Below, one piece after another: positions 1-12,653 of a DNA stretch of 64,000 nucleotides (position 1 is the stretch's first letter; the number at the start of each line of letters is the position of its first letter). The stretch lies in the NCBI RefSeq assembly GCF_006345805.1, contig NC_042999.1, forward strand, positions 105,214,001-105,278,000. Reading direction: 5' to 3'. A model generated the notes under the pieces. It was given only the letters and a program-made list of their open reading frames with translations, was not told the origin of the DNA and did no database searches. Origin of the DNA: Octopus sinensis. Taxonomy: Eukaryota. The position numbers and the translations under genes are program-made.

Positions 1-120
1 CTTTATGATTATTGCTCAGAAATAATAATGTTTTAAAGTCATCGATATGTAAATAATTTCCGCTTAAATTCTGTAAGTGGATATAATTTTAGTGCTTAAG
101 CACTTATTCAACATATATAA

Positions 121-352
<232 letters not shown>

Positions 353-475
353 CAGAGTGCAGTGTGTAAACTATCGTCTAAGAGACGCTAAAATGAAAGT
401 AATATTGACATCTCAATTTAATAGAAATATTTATCAAAATTACATAAAAATATCTTGAAATAGTAAAGAGTAAAA

Positions 476-1400
476 TTTTTCAATAAAATCACGTTTGACT
501 TCGACCACGGCCTCCGGTCAACTTCGGAATCTCTTGCAACTCATCTGGATGCTTTCCTTGTTTAAATTAGGGAATGCTGCCATAATCCTTGCCTTCAGTT
601 CATCTTTGGTGTTAAAAGGAGTTTTGTTGATCTCTCGCTCAACTGCGCCCAATACAAGGGGATCGAAGTCTGGCGAGTTATGTAGCCAGATATTAGGAGT
701 TGATGTGGTCGCAGAATTTATCTGACAGTTATGACTGTGTTCTCCTGCTTCTGTGGCATGGTGCAGTTTCTTGTTGCCAGACATAGGGTCTTCCACCAAC
801 TACGCTATTCACCCAGAGAAGCACTACTTTCTCTAGGTACTTGATGTAGACCTCCGTGTTCAACGTGAGGCCGTGTGGGAAGACGAATGCATGTATAACG
901 TCGCCATCACTGGTGATCAATCCAAACACCATGATGTTCACTAAATGTTTGATTTTTAACGCTCTTGGTACATATTTTGGGGACATGGCAAACCAACAAT
1001 TGTACTGTGTGTTCACCATCTGATCCTTGTAGAGATTTTTATCGTCTGAGAATAATCAAAGCATGTTATGTTGGAGGGGATGATTGGGTTAATTCAAAAG
1101 CTTCGTAACCTTTTGTCCTCGATGGCTTGGGGTAAACATAGGCCCTTTTTCATCTTGTACGAGGTACACAAAATGTCTTTATACACTAACTGCCTGATAA
1201 GAAACTCAAACACGTCCATGTGCCTAGCGATGAACCTGATTGATTTCGAGAGATCGTTGTCAGTTATGGCCTGGATCCCAGGAACAAATTCAGGATTGGT
1301 TTTTTTTCCGAGCTGCTTTATATTCGTAATCACCATTAGACTCGGTCTACTCTTTCCTAATCATCTGCACTTTCCTCTGATTGACACTCAAACACTCTGA
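476..1400 (-). mobile_element. Degenerate Tc1/mariner-superfamily transposase (maT/DD37D-like)
   Basis: Frameshifted ORFs 1094-1336 (HTH-like), 729-1019 (NIMVFGLITSDGDV...GGRPYVWQQETAPCH) and 518-799 (WLHNSPDFDPL...KRFRS), then EAVVEVKRDFIE near 480-515. Motif order matches a DDD transposase. No TIRs found. Confidence 0.85.
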
Positions 1401-1693
1401 AATGAACATACTGTCCTAACTCCAGTTTAGGAGTTACTCTTTTACAGTATGTTCTTTGTCTATCTCCTTAATGTCTTGGAGATTTTAGGTATAATTATAC
1501 TAATATGTCCACCTGTTCTAATTTAATTAAATTCTATGTCTTTGTGAAACTCAAGATTCCCCTGCATTTGAAATTGATGCAATGATTGCATTGTTCAATT
1601 AAATGGAGTTGCATGAAACGATCGTACTGCATAACCTCTGGATATCCTTGTTGCTTATTTTGATGAATTAAATATACATACACACATACACAC

Positions 1694-1757
<64 letters not shown>

Positions 1758-1764
1758 ACCACCT

Positions 1765-2454
1765 CAGTTAAAGCTATGATTTTGTGGAACCAATCGAGAT
1801 GATGTGGCCATATTGTTCGAATGACATATGAACGCATGCCGAAAGAACTGTTTTATGGTGAGCTTGCAGAGGGGATAAACTATCGGCGTAAACCTGGAGA
1901 AAGGGTTAAGGACGATATAACGACTACTATAAAGTCACTGGGGATTGTTCCAGAAGATATAGAAACCCTTGCTCGAATCGAGTTGGATGACGAACAAAGG
2001 TGTGGAGTGGAGTGAAAGCATTTGAAGAGGCCAGTATAACACAAGACGCAAAAGGGATCTAAAGAAGAATGTAACGATCGAGAAGGTGAATGACAATGGC
2101 TTTTTTGTGTGCACAGTCAACGGCAGACCATGCCTGTCCTTTGCTGGCCTCAAATCTCATCTGCGAACGCATAGAAAACAATCCCCCACCAACTATCTTG
2201 CATATATACCTGTGTACACCTTTGAAAGCAGTGCATGCAGAAGGTTTACAAATCCAAAGGAAGCCTAAATAGACATTTTAAGATCCACAAGGAGAAGAAC
2301 TTATCTGCAGCTTTGGTTGTCCAAATCAGAGGTCCAATCTATGTGCGTGTATTTTAAGAAAATTGTCGGGTTTAAACAGCCACATCAGATGCCATAATGG
2401 TGCTAAGGTGTAAGTACGGAGGTGGTCAAACCCTGCAGAAGGAGTAGACAAATA

Positions 2455-2457
<3 letters not shown>
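1765..2457 (+). mobile_element. 3' fragment of an RTE-clade LINE with a zinc-finger tail
   Basis: GHIVRMTYERMPKELFYGELAEG...RKPGERVKD is a typical RTE C-terminus. C2H2-like motifs follow, then TAA at 2411-2413, a short UTR and a (TA)n tail. Confidence 0.85.
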
Positions 2458-2505
<48 letters not shown>

Positions 2506-2789
2506 TATATATATATATAGGGGGGCGTGTGTGTGTGCGCGAGTGTGTGTGCGCGAGTGTGTGTGCGTGAGTGTGTGTGTGTATAATACACATGCATGAA
2601 CGCACATACACATACACACATATATATATATAAAATACATATATGTATATATATATATATGCCATTCAAACATGAAAACCTAGTAGTTGATGACTTACTT
2701 AATTTATTTTGATTAATTAATTAAGGGACCCATCTTAAGATATGGATTTGGACACAGAAAGTCTAACGTAATATGTTGCTTGAAGTTTG

Positions 2790-3430
2790 GTAACTCATTC
2801 AACATGGAAGAAAATTTAGTGGAGAGGGTTTCAAAGAGATCCACGTACATGAATTACCATCACCTGAATTTGAAACAAATTTGAAGCAGGTGGAAATGTT
2901 CATAATGCCCACAACAGTTACAAAATGCTTCGGAAAGTAATGGACATCATTGAACCCTACAAAGTAGGAAAGAGTCCTTGGAAACATGAGTAAACTTGAG
3001 TAAAAAAAAAAAGTAAAATTCCTAGCAAACTTTAATAAAAGAAAGTTATAGTGACAAGCGAGTCCTTTGAATCTAAATTCAAAATGAAGTACCCGTCACA
3101 ATTTGAAGCCTTCTCATTGAAAAAGATATTATCCAAGAATAACGATGCTTTCAGTGTGGGTGATATGGACCAAAGAATGAAAGTTTGCTATTGGTACTTG
3201 GCACGACATATAGAAGATGCACACTTTACAATAAAAATCTTTTGGAATGATGACGCTATATGTAAATGTTATGAGTCAATTTACCACAAAAATCGCTGCT
3301 GCTGTGGACCTTAGGATCCACTTATTACGAAGAAACATATTATAAATTTGCTTGGAGTTTGTGGAATATGACACGGTTTATCCTCAAAAGATTAATAGGA
3401 CTACTTTCGTTTTAGAGTACTGTGACTATT
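2790..3430 (+). mobile_element. Degenerate Tc1/mariner transposase (DUF4817-HTH type)
   Basis: KFEAGGNVHNAH (HTH-like), QRMKVCYWYLARHIEDAHFTIKIFWNDDA (resembles ...IVWSDEA), then INLLGV and GLSSKRLIG across frameshifts. Confidence 0.6.
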
Positions 3431-5652
3431 CCCATCTTCTTCAACTGCCTGCAGTATTTATTTATGTCACGTATTCAAAAGGAATTTGAAGATGTAGAGT
3501 GTATTTCCAGCACGATGTATCACCTCCATATTGCCATAGTAATGTAAGTCCCTACTATATACAGGTTTTATTAAACAGGTAGATTTGACAAAATGTTTCA
3601 ATAATGTATTATCCGTTTTTATGCTTGTATGTGTGTGCGAATATATCCAAATATATGTGTATGTATGTGCATATAAACATACGCACGCACACACACACAC
3701 ACACATGCACGCAGGTATGTGGAGCAGAAAAAGGAGGAGGAGAATAAGATGATGAAGAAGGAGGAGTACACGATGAGAGAAGTTGTAACGTTTTCTACAA
3801 GAATTGAGTATAGTGTCTGATGTCTGTGGTAAATCTTAAATCTGTACTAACCAATGCAGGCAAGATTGACCAACCTCCTTAGTTGGCATTCTTCCCATCA
3901 CTTGACTCTCACAAGTTTCTGAATACATAAAATGCATACAAGGTGTCTTTGAAATGTATATCCCAAAATTAACGGTATTTCGTAAAAGTAGCGTGACATA
4001 GAGCAAGCTTTAGCAATACAGGAATGAAGCAAAATACTTAGAGCATAACAATATCCTTTCAGTAGAAAGACTTTTCGTGACTAAGCATAATTTTAGAAAA
4101 TGTAAAATTTACCATGCAAAATTTGGAGAAAATATTAGTCGTAAAATGTTTATGAAGAAAGTCTTAGATTCTATTCAATTACTTATTAAGCTGACATAGA
4201 TTTTGATGTCATGAAGTATGTATTTAATTTTCATGGATTTATAAACGTTGTGTTGGTTCAGATATATTGGGTTATACTGTAGAACATTATATCATCAGAG
4301 ACGAACGCTGTTAACGCTTTCATATTTTATTAATCAAAGTAGCGTTCAACAATGCATCAAATCGGTGTATCTCATTTAATCACCCAATAAATATTAGTGG
4401 CTATAAATAAAGTATGAACGATAAAGTTTAGCTGATGATGAAATTTTAATAAAGATGTAAACTCAGTCATAAGATCTGTAAATTTACGACAAGTCTGAGA
4501 CAATATATAAAGGCAGTAGCATGTAAGTGTCAAGCTAGATAAATTTAATAACATCACATACACAGTGTTGGCTGAAAGCTATATGTTATTCTACAGTGCA
4601 TTACATCTAAAAACTTACCCTAGAAAATTGTACAAGTTAATAGAGTTGAACACAGTTTATGTCGATTGAAATACGTAATCTTATGACGTTGTAGAAACAC
4701 ATTCGATATAGAATGTTCAATATATTCAATAAAATGTATCCTGAAATTATACCGGATAAACGAAGTTCATTCTGAGCATAGAGCGGCAGGTAAACACATA
4801 TCAAAATTATAGCTGAGGGAAAAATATATTCAGGCTATCAGAAAACTAACGCAATACAAAACAAAGAACCTGGTTAAATATTACACGAGATAACACTAAA
4901 TTAAATTTGTATAAAAAAATACTTAAGATTAAAATTTCCTTAAACCTGCATGCTACGTAAACAGTCTAGGCTTATTATTTACAATCCAGAATCCAAGAAG
5001 AAAGCCGTTAATTTGTTGAACGTAATTGCAGCATTTGAATTACAAATACCATTCCATACGTCTGCAGCAACATAAGAAAAGTTACAACACTTTAAAACAA
5101 TCGGAACAATAAATAATTAATAAAAAAAACATCATTTGATTAAAAAATGAACAATCGTATCTGAAAAACCAAACTCCAAAAATAGCAGTAAATTACAATG
5201 GAAGTTCTATTATTACAACCATGTAACACAAACACGATGCACATATATTGCTTGAAATTAACAAATTAATAGAAGACACTGAGGCCAAAATATTTCCTGA
5301 TCGTCGAAATAAATCAGACGCCAGTAATTGGAAATCTAAAGTTTGGCCGTAAACAATGAGAACCAACAAACAACTACAAAATGTTGTAGCATTATTCTCA
5401 TGATTGTCGCATACAATAGAAATATCAATAACAAATATCCGTTGGTCAAAATATTCCGTTCAGTAGATAAGGCTCGGAGACGTCCCTCGAAAAATTATTG
5501 CCTTTAACAAAATATCAAATATTATTTTTAAAATATGAAAAGATCAAATCAAAGAAGCAAAAATAGAGTATTATTTGTTTGCGAGGAAATAACACGTACA
5601 TATACATACATGCACCCATACAATCACAAACACATACACATGCAAATATACT

Positions 5653-5708
<56 letters not shown>

Positions 5709-5737
5709 AATAATACATACATTTATACATGCATACA

Positions 5738-5768
<31 letters not shown>

Positions 5769-6849
5769 GTACATACATAAAGCAAAACATAGAAATCTGC
5801 ACATATACTTATATATGTACATACAAAAATATCCTGTTGAAAGTCCAATGACGGAGCCTTTACATTTCTGTTAGAAACCGAATATTTCTCTATCGGCAAG
5901 AAATCTTGAAATAAAACTGAATAATGACACACTCATACAACAGACACACACACACGCACACACACACATACACACACACATATATATATATAATACATAC
6001 ATATACATGCATGCATACATACATACATACATACATTCATACATATATGCATAATTACATACATATAAGTCCTTTTGTTTTGGACTCGTTTATCTGTGGT
6101 CAGGTGATATAAGAGATATACGAGGGTCCCTCTATATATGCAGAGTTGATAAACGTGTAAGCATGTATACGTTTTAATTCCTGTAAGCTGTATGACAGTG
6201 TGACTTTATTGGCTTGATTGTAATTTATTTGTGATATGATTATGCACATGCGCGTTCCGCCCGAGTTTGTCACCTGTCTGCATTCGTGTCTGTGGATTTT
6301 AATTGTAATTTCAAAGGTTCAGTGTGAAAATGTCATAGCTGTGTTACAGGTAGTGTATGTTTGTACGTATATGTTCCACAGGTGTGTATATATATATATA
6401 TATATATGCTTTTCTATATCTCTGACGTCTATATGAGTGTGCCATTTAGATATATGTATGTGTTTAGCACTGTTTACGGTGTGTGTGTATATGAATGTAT
6501 ATGACATGTCTATATTGTTTTTGCAATTGTTTACTATTCTAAATGTTTCAGTATTGTGTGTCTTGATGACTCTTGCGTGTCGGAACGGATGTAGTATGTA
6601 TGATTATAGGCATGTATCTATTCTGTTTGCATATACTATGTACGTATATAAGTATGACAACATGAGTTTTTACTTAAGTTGAAAATGAAAAGTCGTGATC
6701 CGTTCAGCAGGAATAAACTAAGCACGAATTGTGTAAACATCCGCCGCGAAAGTGATGTAAAACAGGACACCTTTCGCCGAGACGAATTTCTTAAAGGTTT
6801 TGAGTAAAATTGTTGCAAATTATCCAAATTATAGTGAAAAACAGAGGGT

Positions 6850-7480
6850 GCAATTAATCTGAAGATAAGATGACTGATGATGTATTTATGGAGATGAAAT
6901 CCTAGTTCGTCTGATGGTATGGCAGCGGAAGGAAAATGGTTGTAGTAGAAGCAAGAATAAATGCCAAATTTAGATTAAGCAAAATTGTTAGTGTGTGCAC
7001 TTCAGATATATACGTTACTGAATTTCAGCCGTATAATGTACATGTTATAGGAAGCAGAGTAAGGTGAAGTTTCTAAGCAGCCAAATTTTACGATGAAATT
7101 TTGTAAAAAGAATATGCAGTCATTATGAAGGAATGATAAGGAAAATAGACTTGGCTTTTAATGTGACTAAAAGTCAGGGAAGATTAAGTGAAAGTGGAAC
7201 GTGGGGAAAATTTGGAGACCATAACTGTTGTAAAAAAGACATGGAAGGTAAAGTTGTGGGAGATGAGGAGATAGGGCTGTTATGGCTATTGGATTTGTAG
7301 ATTTTGGAGAGGAAATGTATAACGGAGTGTGTATGATGTGAAGAATGAAGTTAGTTGCTGCGGATGCATGAGAGAAGAGGAATCGACTGGCAGTAGTAGA
7401 CATGAGTGTATGTTTATGGTATGTTATGGCACTATATAAAAGCCAGGACAACATGTAAATTATGTAAGATAATATCAAGG
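6850..7480 (-). mobile_element. Possible Penelope-like RT remnant
   Basis: Minus-strand FLSKIYKSNSHNSPI at about 7270-7314 resembles the Penelope LPKIHKxxxPxRPI motif. Heavily degraded; extent uncertain. Confidence 0.35.
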
Positions 7481-7826
7481 TCTCTATTCCTAGAATAAAG
7501 CCTAACGAATTGTTTCTTCCTTCACATCATTCATTGCACTTAGTTTCAAGGAAAAGAGAGAAAGAAGTGGTGAGATCAGATTTCAAAGACACGATAACTT
7601 ATGGAAGACTGGACAAAAAGCCAATATATGTGCGGATACGCTTGTCATTAGAGAACAGTGTGATATATGCTTAGTACGTGGTATTAAAACATTGAGGATA
7701 ATATTCTGTGAAGTGGAGATATATTATATTACAGATTTTTGCATTACCGTGAAAAACAATCATAGTGTTAGTATATATTTCCCTTAAGCTTCCAACATAG
7801 ACGAATATATGCATTTCATCCTTCCA

Positions 7827-8058
7827 AGGCGGCGAGCTGGCAGAAACGTTAGCACGCCGGGCGAAATACTTAGTGGTATTTCGTCTGTCGTTACGTTCTG
7901 AGTTCAAATTCCGCCAAGGTCGACTTTGCCCTTCATCCTTTCGGGAGTGATAAATAAAGTACCAGTTTCGCACTTAGGGCGATGTAATCGACTTAATCCA
8001 TTTGTCTGTCGTTGTTTGTCCTCGCTATGTTGAGCCCCTTGTGGATAGTAAAGAAATA
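7827..8058 (+). mobile_element. tRNA-derived SINE (main family in this window), near full length
   Basis: Box A-like GGCGAGCTGGCAGAA (7831-7845), box B-like GAGTTCAAATTCC (7900-7912), and the central GGTCGACTTTGCC-TTCATCCTTTCGGG...GATAAA...AGTACCAG block shared with other copies here. Confidence 0.9.
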
Positions 8059-8178
8059 TATATGGATTTCGTCCTTCCACACAAGACTACAATTTATAGT
8101 GTTTGATCCCGTAAATCGATGCGAAGTGATGGTACCATTGTATCGACAAAAACCTTTCGTTACACCGACTTGTTGTGC

Positions 8179-8254
8179 TCAGCCCAATCGAAATGCGTCT
8201 GGGACGTGTGCCTTTTGCAAGTGGCCTATATTAATTAATTTCTTATCAGTGAAT
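8179..8254 (-). CDS. Candidate terminal coding exon (xFTDKKLINIGHLQKAHVPDAFRLG*)
   Basis: Strong acceptor CTATTTTGTTTCCTTTCTCCAG. Only the phase-2 frame stays open, for 24 codons to TGA. No homology recognised. Confidence 0.2.
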
Positions 8255-9304
8255 CTGGAGAAAGGAAACAAAATAGTAACCCGTTGTATATATACGTGTA
8301 AGCAACAGGCGTAAAACAGGCCCATTTGACCGACTAAACTCCACAATACATTACCCAAACATACATGCCATCTAATAACAGAAACGAATATAAAACCAAC
8401 AAAATAACAGATTATGTTTTTATGATCACGAATTTAATAATTACATTTTCCCCATTAGTTGTTAAGATAACCGTGACTTGAAATCTATTTATCATTATAA
8501 CAAAACAATCTGTTTTTGCTATATTTCTCTATTATATGCAATTCAAGCTCAAAATTATCCTACGGTAGTGATTATCAGTTTAGATTTTAAAACGGAAAAC
8601 TTAAACCGTTTGGTTTTCTATTGTAGAACACTAAATAACTGGGTTTATACCAGCATATTTAAAATCAGTATGTTACTGGCACATTTGTTTTAGTTAGAAA
8701 AGGAATATTGATATGTAAATTTGTGAGATATATAATATACGAGAATTTCAACTCAAATAAAAACGGAATATTCTTGATATACTAGGATATCTGTATCTAG
8801 TATATTTTCTTCAATCGCAAAGTCGAACTGTAGGAACAATACGAACTACTGTTAATGATTCGACTAGCGAAACTCTTGATTGGCATTCTATTGTATTATC
8901 GATGAGTCTAACATTCTTTAAGATAGAACACGCATACACACACACAGTTAGTTACAAATACACACCAACAGCTATCAATCATTCAGACACACCTACATCT
9001 GAACATGTGAAATTATTAATGCAGATGTTGCAGTCATTTAATTCGATGAAATAATAAATGTGTGAAGTAATGTGTGAATGTATATGTTAAAATACTGGCC
9101 CATTTTACGGAAACATTTTACATCTAAAATTATCAGTTTTATTGAAGGCGGCATTACTTTTGTTTTGGCCAACTAAATGAATTCTATATTTCACACTTAC
9201 AGACAGACGCATTCACAGGCGCACAAAACACACATACACAGGGACTTATGCAAGTATGTATGCGTATATGTGTGAATATACATACATTCACACACACACA
9301 CACT

Positions 9305-9379
<75 letters not shown>

Positions 9380-9470
9380 TATTCACACATATATATATAT
9401 ATACATATATGTATATATAAAAATGTTTATATTCATACATACACATACATATATGTATATATTCTTATAT

Positions 9471-9501
<31 letters not shown>

Positions 9502-9658
9502 TTATCTGCATGTCTGTCTGTCGATTTATCTGAAATTGTAGCTATTTAGATAGCCAAATGTAATGTCTGTGTGCAATAAGTTACCTTTTACACATATAAT
9601 TTTCCTTTTATCAAATCTAACGATTAATATTACTTTCATTTGCTTACAAACCATTGTA

Positions 9659-9703
<45 letters not shown>

Positions 9704-10140
9704 ACATATATATATATATATGTATATATGTATACATATATACATATATATGTATATATACTACATATTTTGAAAATTCTGTGTTTGTGGAGTTGTTAGC
9801 TAACTCTTCCTGCATCGTTTTATCGATTATGATGAAACTTGACACGTGAGTAGAATTCTTCTCTGGAAACATTGTAGCACACTCAGATTGTTGAAAACAT
9901 CGATAATAGGACTCCTGGAAGGGGTCTATATATATAACCAAGGGAAATAATCCATTCATGCTCCTAAATTATTTGATAAAGTTGAAATTGAATATGCTTA
10001 TTTCTTAGTATTTGAAATGCTATAGTTATTTTCGCAATTTATCCAGTACAACCTCTGAACAAGTAAATAGATTTTTCAAAACAATAGATTCACTTATTTC
10101 GATAAGTGACTAATTCACGAACATTTCAACGCTAGCGCCC

Positions 10141-10295
10141 TTAAGAGTAATATTCACTGGGAACGCACAAAGGCCCTTTTCAGAGTCATTTACTTAGTCT
10201 TGTTGTTATTCGATCGGATTAGCGAAAGAATTATGAGCATGGAACCAAAGTTATAAGCCCCGCTTTCCCGAGAATTACCGGGCACGTCAGCTAGT
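10141..10295 (-). mobile_element. 5' end of a Helentron-associated-like element
   Basis: Minus strand begins ACTAGCTGACGTGCCCGGTAATTCTCGGG, similar to the start of the 28049 element. Left boundary uncertain. Confidence 0.35.
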
Positions 10296-10297
10296 AC

Positions 10298-10372
<75 letters not shown>

Positions 10373-10402
10373 CATACACACACATATATATACATATATA
10401 TT

Positions 10403-10450
<48 letters not shown>

Positions 10451-10551
10451 TAATATATATATATATATAATATAATAAATATTAGGGAATAAATCCAAAT
10501 TTACAGGGAAAAAATCAGATTAGGATTAAATTCAATTTTATAGTAAAATAT

Positions 10552-10728
10552 TATATATATTAATTAGAGACAAAACCACTATTTTGCAAAACAAACAAGG
10601 AAAGACTTAATCAATACATAAAATTTTAATAAAAATTGTTTAATTTTTATTTTTTACTTTTTATTAAAATTTGATGTATTGATTAAGTCTTCCTTGTTTG
10701 TTTTGCAAAATAGTGGTTTTGTCTCTAA

Positions 10729-10740
<12 letters not shown>
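10552..10740. repeat. Long near-perfect inverted repeat
   Basis: Arms about 10552-10635 and 10658-10740 (one mismatch, one indel seen), 22-nt spacer, bounded by (TA)n. Confidence 0.92.
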
Positions 10741-10765
<25 letters not shown>

Positions 10766-10789
10766 TCATATATATATATATATATATAA

Positions 10790-10935
10790 CGTGTGTACCG
10801 TTGGCGATTTCTTTTTACTCTGTCTTCCCTTCTCTGGATCTTTCCTACTATGTTTCCGACGAAGAGCTCCGCTCGAAACGTTAAAGATTTTTTCAATTTC
10901 CGAGCGTTATACTAGTACATCTGTTTGCTTTCTAC
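10790..10935 (+). mobile_element. Penelope-related short repeat, family 1 (carries hammerhead-like motif)
   Basis: Homologous to 20180-20362 on the opposite strand. Contains TATGTTTCCGACGAAGAGCTCCGCTCGAAACGTTAAA. Confidence 0.7.
10852..10886 (+). ncRNA. Minimal type I hammerhead-like motif
   Basis: CCGACGA core (U4C), extra A, stem II GAGC-TCC-GCTC, GAAAC, palindromic ACGT stem III, GUU triplet, stem I TTT/AAA. Confidence 0.5.
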
Positions 10936-10959
10936 ACTTTCTTCTTCTTTTGTTCTTCT

Positions 10960-10991
<32 letters not shown>

Positions 10992-11057
10992 TTCTTCTTC
11001 TTCTTCTTCTTCTTCTTCTTCTTCTTCTTCTTCTTCGTTTTCTTCTCTCTCTCTCTT

Positions 11058-11136
<79 letters not shown>
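10936..11136. repeat. (TTC)n-(TC)n-(TA)n compound microsatellite
   Basis: Direct repeats; explain the poly-F, poly-E and poly-L ORFs. Confidence 0.95.
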
Positions 11137-11699
11137 GTGCTGAAGTATATTTTGTTGTGTCTTGGGAGAATCATTTTTTTCTAGTGCCTTATCATTTAAC
11201 ACACTCACCGGTAAATTTTCCACTCATTTACTAAGATTTTCGTTGCGTCTTGCAACAATTTCAGTAGTCGTTCTATCTGTCCTGTATCCGGTATGTATGT
11301 ATGTATGTATGTATGTATGTATGTATGTATGTATGTATATATACGTATATGTGTGCGTATGCATGTATGTATGTGTGTGTGTGTGCGTATGTATATACGT
11401 ATGAACTTGTGTACGTTTGTATGTATGTATTCTACATATTCATGTGTTTCTGTTTGTGTGTGTGTGTTCCGCTGTCTACTTCTGTGTGCAATCTATTATA
11501 TATTAAAAACATCAGTATATGGAAACTATAAAATCTGACAGTACAGAATTAGACATTCCCTTCAAATCATAATATGTAATGTGTACTATATATTAATTTG
11601 TCTTCAGCTACATTGTATATAGCATTTATTTAGTCGTGAGTGTTAACATAATCGCTCAACAAGTATAAATATGCATTATTTACATTTGACGGATATTTG

Positions 11700-11864
11700 T
11701 CGGTATATCAGCCAAAACGTTGTGTTAACAACAAAAAAGATGAGGACAAATATCCGTCAAATGTAAATAATGTAAATAATGTACATAATTCCTCATCTCT
11801 TATATATAGAGAAAGTAAAAATATCTCACATATATTCTTCGAATCCCAAGTGATCATTTTACAA
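11700..11864 (+). repeat. Dispersed repeat, family 2 (5'-truncated copy)
   Basis: Similar to 12534-12653 and 25495-25580; begins with the degenerate motif end GTATATCAGCCAAAACGTTGTGTT. Confidence 0.8.
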
Positions 11865-12533
11865 AAGTAAGGAAACGTTACGCTATAAAACAAATACGGT
11901 ATTCCTTGTTTATTTTCATCATAATTCTGGTTGATGCATTTTCGCCAGGGCCTCAAAATTGAAATGAAATAATGCATATCATGTGTTGAGATTCTACAAC
12001 AATCACCTGGAAAAATACATAAGTTGCAAATATGCAATCAACCAGTGTTGCGAGAAAAACTCATATCTTAAACTTTCTACAAAAAACCATCATGAACAAT
12101 TTTAGTTCAAAAATACAAGTTGTATTTTTGAGTCGAAAAGAGAAACAACAAAGAAATAAATCAGATTTTGATTATCTAGTATTTAACAGATTTAAGAAGA
12201 TAAAACTATGTGCAACCCATTTAGTCTCATTCTCAGCTACTTTCATACCTTAGTATGTCTTTATTTGTTAGAGAGAGGTATTGGCTGCTATTTTAGCAGA
12301 TCCAATAACGATAGAAATACTATCCATTCGGTGAGCGTTCCCTTAGAATGGGAAGGAATAAATGAATTTGATCCATAAAGCATTGCAACTAAATACAAAT
12401 GAACTAGAAAGGAATGGTTGACCGACATCAATAGTAAGACTTACAAACTCAAACTCGTATCCTACACAAAATAACGGTGGTGTTTGTATAATTAAAAATG
12501 CTGAAGTTGACACAGAGTACTGGGTGCAGTGCC

Positions 12534-12653
12534 AAGATGAGGACAAATATCCATCGTGTGTAAATAATGTACATAATTCCTCATCTCATACATATAGAGA
12601 AAGTAAAAATATCTCACATATCTTCTTCGAATCCCAAGTGATCATATTACAAA
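12534..12653 (+). repeat. Dispersed repeat, family 2 (second copy)
   Basis: AAGATGAGGACAAATATCC...GAATCCCAAGTGATCA..TACAAA matches 11737-11864. Confidence 0.85.

Noticed and set aside
5470-5500. GAG-ACGTCC-CTC-GAAA stem resembling hammerhead stem II
   Set aside because: No CUGANGA-like core upstream.
4600-5500. A-rich stretch suspected to be a decayed retroelement ORF or an exon (donor near 4620)
   Set aside because: Every frame of the candidate exon hits a stop, and no diagnostic motif was recognised.
7831-7912. tRNA-like A and B boxes
   Set aside because: No cloverleaf; they are the head of a multi-copy SINE.
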